A stretch of 63,192 nt of DNA, counting the filler, from Hausera hauseri (taxonomy: Eukaryota): NCBI GenBank assembly GCA_046269625.1. It is 10 parts of 10 records of this genome, joined end to end, with 100 filler letters (N's around TTAATTAATTAA, not from the genome) between each part and the next. Parts side by side here need not be neighbours in the genome. Positions count along the whole stretch, not along the records: positions 58,996 to 63,192 come from JBJURY010707214.1; 9 more parts are not named here. The stretch is one strand, 5' to 3'. Below, one piece after another: positions 61,177-63,192 of the stretch (the first letter of the stretch is position 1; each line of letters begins with the position of its first letter). The notes under the pieces were generated by a model. The model was not told the origin of the DNA, ran no database searches, and was given only the letters and a program-made list of their open reading frames with translations. The translations under genes were made by a program, and so were the position numbers.

Positions 61177-61930
61177 AGTTAACTGGCAATTGAAACGCAT
61201 ATGGTGAGAAAAATCCGCAGTGCAATAGTTAAATTAACCAGTCCTTCCGTGTACTCCCATTATAATATCGTGTCAAAAGCCCCAAAACATTCCATTCATT
61301 TACGTTATCTTCTTTTCCAGTAATGCCTTGATAGCTTTTAATACGTCGTCTTACTCGCCGTATTTCCTTTTTCATTTCTTCAAAGTCTAGATCATCATAC
61401 ATGCTGCACTGATTAAAAATGCCACGTGAAATATCAGTGTCCTTACTTTCATGAAAAATAAATGCTTCGTGTAAAAATCCAAATCTGTCGCTTTGAATGT
61501 TCATGTGATGTGAAGACTTGTCAATTTCAGCCTTTAGTCGGTCGAGTGCTTCAAACACCTCCTGTCGAATTTCTTCTTTTAAAGTAAGCGCTTCCTCTCG
61601 GTACACTTCTTCAAGTATTCTACGCTTTCGTCAAATACGAAGTTCAATTTAAATTTCAAGTTCGTCGCATACCTTTAGAGCTCTACTTTCAGCTTCCTCG
61701 ACAAATCTTTCTCTTTAATCACTGAAGAAATGAGACAGAGCACCCATGTAAACAGTGCACTTATCAAGTTCTAAACCTTTGTTTTGCAAGTACTGCTGTG
61801 TGTCATTCACTTCTTTTAGCACTGCACCCCAAAAGTAAAGATACGAAATGAATGTATATGACATAATGGATGTTAACAGAGTACTGGAATCACCTTTGGT
61901 GTCAAGAGTTTCGGATTCTCCATCTCTGCT
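61177..61930 (-). pseudogene. hAT transposase C-terminal fragment
   Basis: FVSLLLG..QYLQNKGLEL region, DRLKAEID..RFGFL, and LRIFLTICVSIAS at the mariner junction. Confidence 0.6.
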
Positions 61931-63192
61931 TTCGTCGTTTTATGATAACATTGTATTAATGATAATTTGGATAATGCTTATTAATTGCAGCCAACCCTTT
62001 TGCCGCCCTTAACCGGTGCTGCTCGGGGCAACCGCCCCGTTTCTACGCCAGTGAACTTAGAAATGAAAGTATAATTTCATATTCATTGATAAACATTTAT
62101 TCAGCAAATTAACAACATACTGCCAGATTAAATCAATACTACAGATCGGTTAACTAAAATTGTTAGTTAGACCTTTCAAGCTCTAAACCGTTGACACCAT
62201 AATTATATTTAATTGTCATTAAGGAAACTGTAACACTTCTATCTGTAAAACAAACAACAAATCACAAAAAAATAAAACCACGGATTCTTAACATAAGAAA
62301 ATTTCCTTCTTGGAAAATATTTTTAACAAAGTCTAGCTGAAAATAATAAAAATACAGTCATACGGAAAAAAGAATTATAAATGATATTTCAATTTGATTA
62401 ATTGGATAAAATAAATGCCATTTTTAAAAGTAAATTCTAGTGTCAGCCAACAGTTAAACAGAAGCGATACGAAAGAATTTTTTAAAGTACAAAAAGCTTA
62501 TGAAATATTTACATGGTATGTAAACGTCCCCGCCGAGAATCTCTGAGACCTCTTTAAATATCTTGCATTTGTACATAATGATTAAATACATCGAAAAAAA
62601 AGTCGAACGAAAATCTTGCCATGCAAATTGAGACGTCGCTGTTCTATTTTTCACAATGGCTTTTACTTTTCAAGTGTTGCGCCCCAAAAATGTAGACAAC
62701 AGTGCGAACTCCCTTTTTGCACCCCCCCCACCCCACATGCTGGACCACTGCCCCGGGGATTCGATTAAACAGCACTGAAACGACAGAGTATTACAGTGGC
62801 GAAACTATTCCTCGTGTCAGGGTTGTTGGTTCAATCCCCGATATGCCAGTTTTCTTTCTGTTGTCCAGTGTGTTCTTCCCATGGTCCTATATGGATACAG
62901 GCATGTGTCAAAGTTATTGACACAGACCTACTGATGGCCAAGAAAGATTAATTACAAACCCACATTACTCTCTTCTCTGATCTATACTGATTGGTTGTAA
63001 CATATCCAACAACTTAAGTGAGGAAAACATTAAATTGACGCGTAAAAAACAAAGACATACGCACGAAAGTACACACTATATACAAGCTCTGAGCAGTGGC
63101 ACTTGTAGTTTCTTGTTGCCTTGCTACACATTGTTAATCTGCGTTACGTTTTTTTGTGATGCTAGTCCACGCTGAAATAAGCTTGTTAGTGA

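Noticed and set aside
62780-62850. tRNA or tRNA-derived SINE (B-box-like GGTTCAATCCC)
   Set aside because: No convincing cloverleaf or A-box; single copy in the window.

Overview
This is not one locus. Ten short contigs are joined by nine artificial 100-nt linkers (N44-TTAATTAATTAA-N44), so adjacency across a linker has no meaning. The DNA is an AT-rich, repeat-dominated invertebrate (metazoan) nuclear genome with very short introns; the talin and ERM sequences look flatworm-like, but that is a low-confidence impression. Host gene pieces are a probable GTF3C2 last exon, an intronless 2471-aa PXK+VPS13+talin chimeric ORF (probably a mis-joined or in-silico spliced model), the 3' exons of DDX11, and a decayed ERM tail. 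The rest is mobile DNA: several Ty3/Gypsy elements, one BEL/Pao, an R1/LOA-type LINE with RNase H, Polinton/Maverick termini and gene fragments (MCP, PLA2-like, ATPase, pPolB, adenain, integrase), hAT, Tc1 and mariner. The most interesting signals are four unusual retroelement architectures. (1) A Gypsy Gag preceded by a ubiquitin-like domain ending in RLRGG. (2) A Gag of that same Gypsy family fused in frame to ORF1 of a near-intact LINE. (3) A Gypsy-like element with a UBL domain and a chuvirus-type envelope glycoprotein between the Gag knuckle and the protease. (4) A Gypsy whose integrase runs into a signal peptide, three FN3-like repeats and a TM helix, followed by an apparently spliced ORF3 ending in a RING finger. 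All family calls come from reading motifs by eye; no searches were run.
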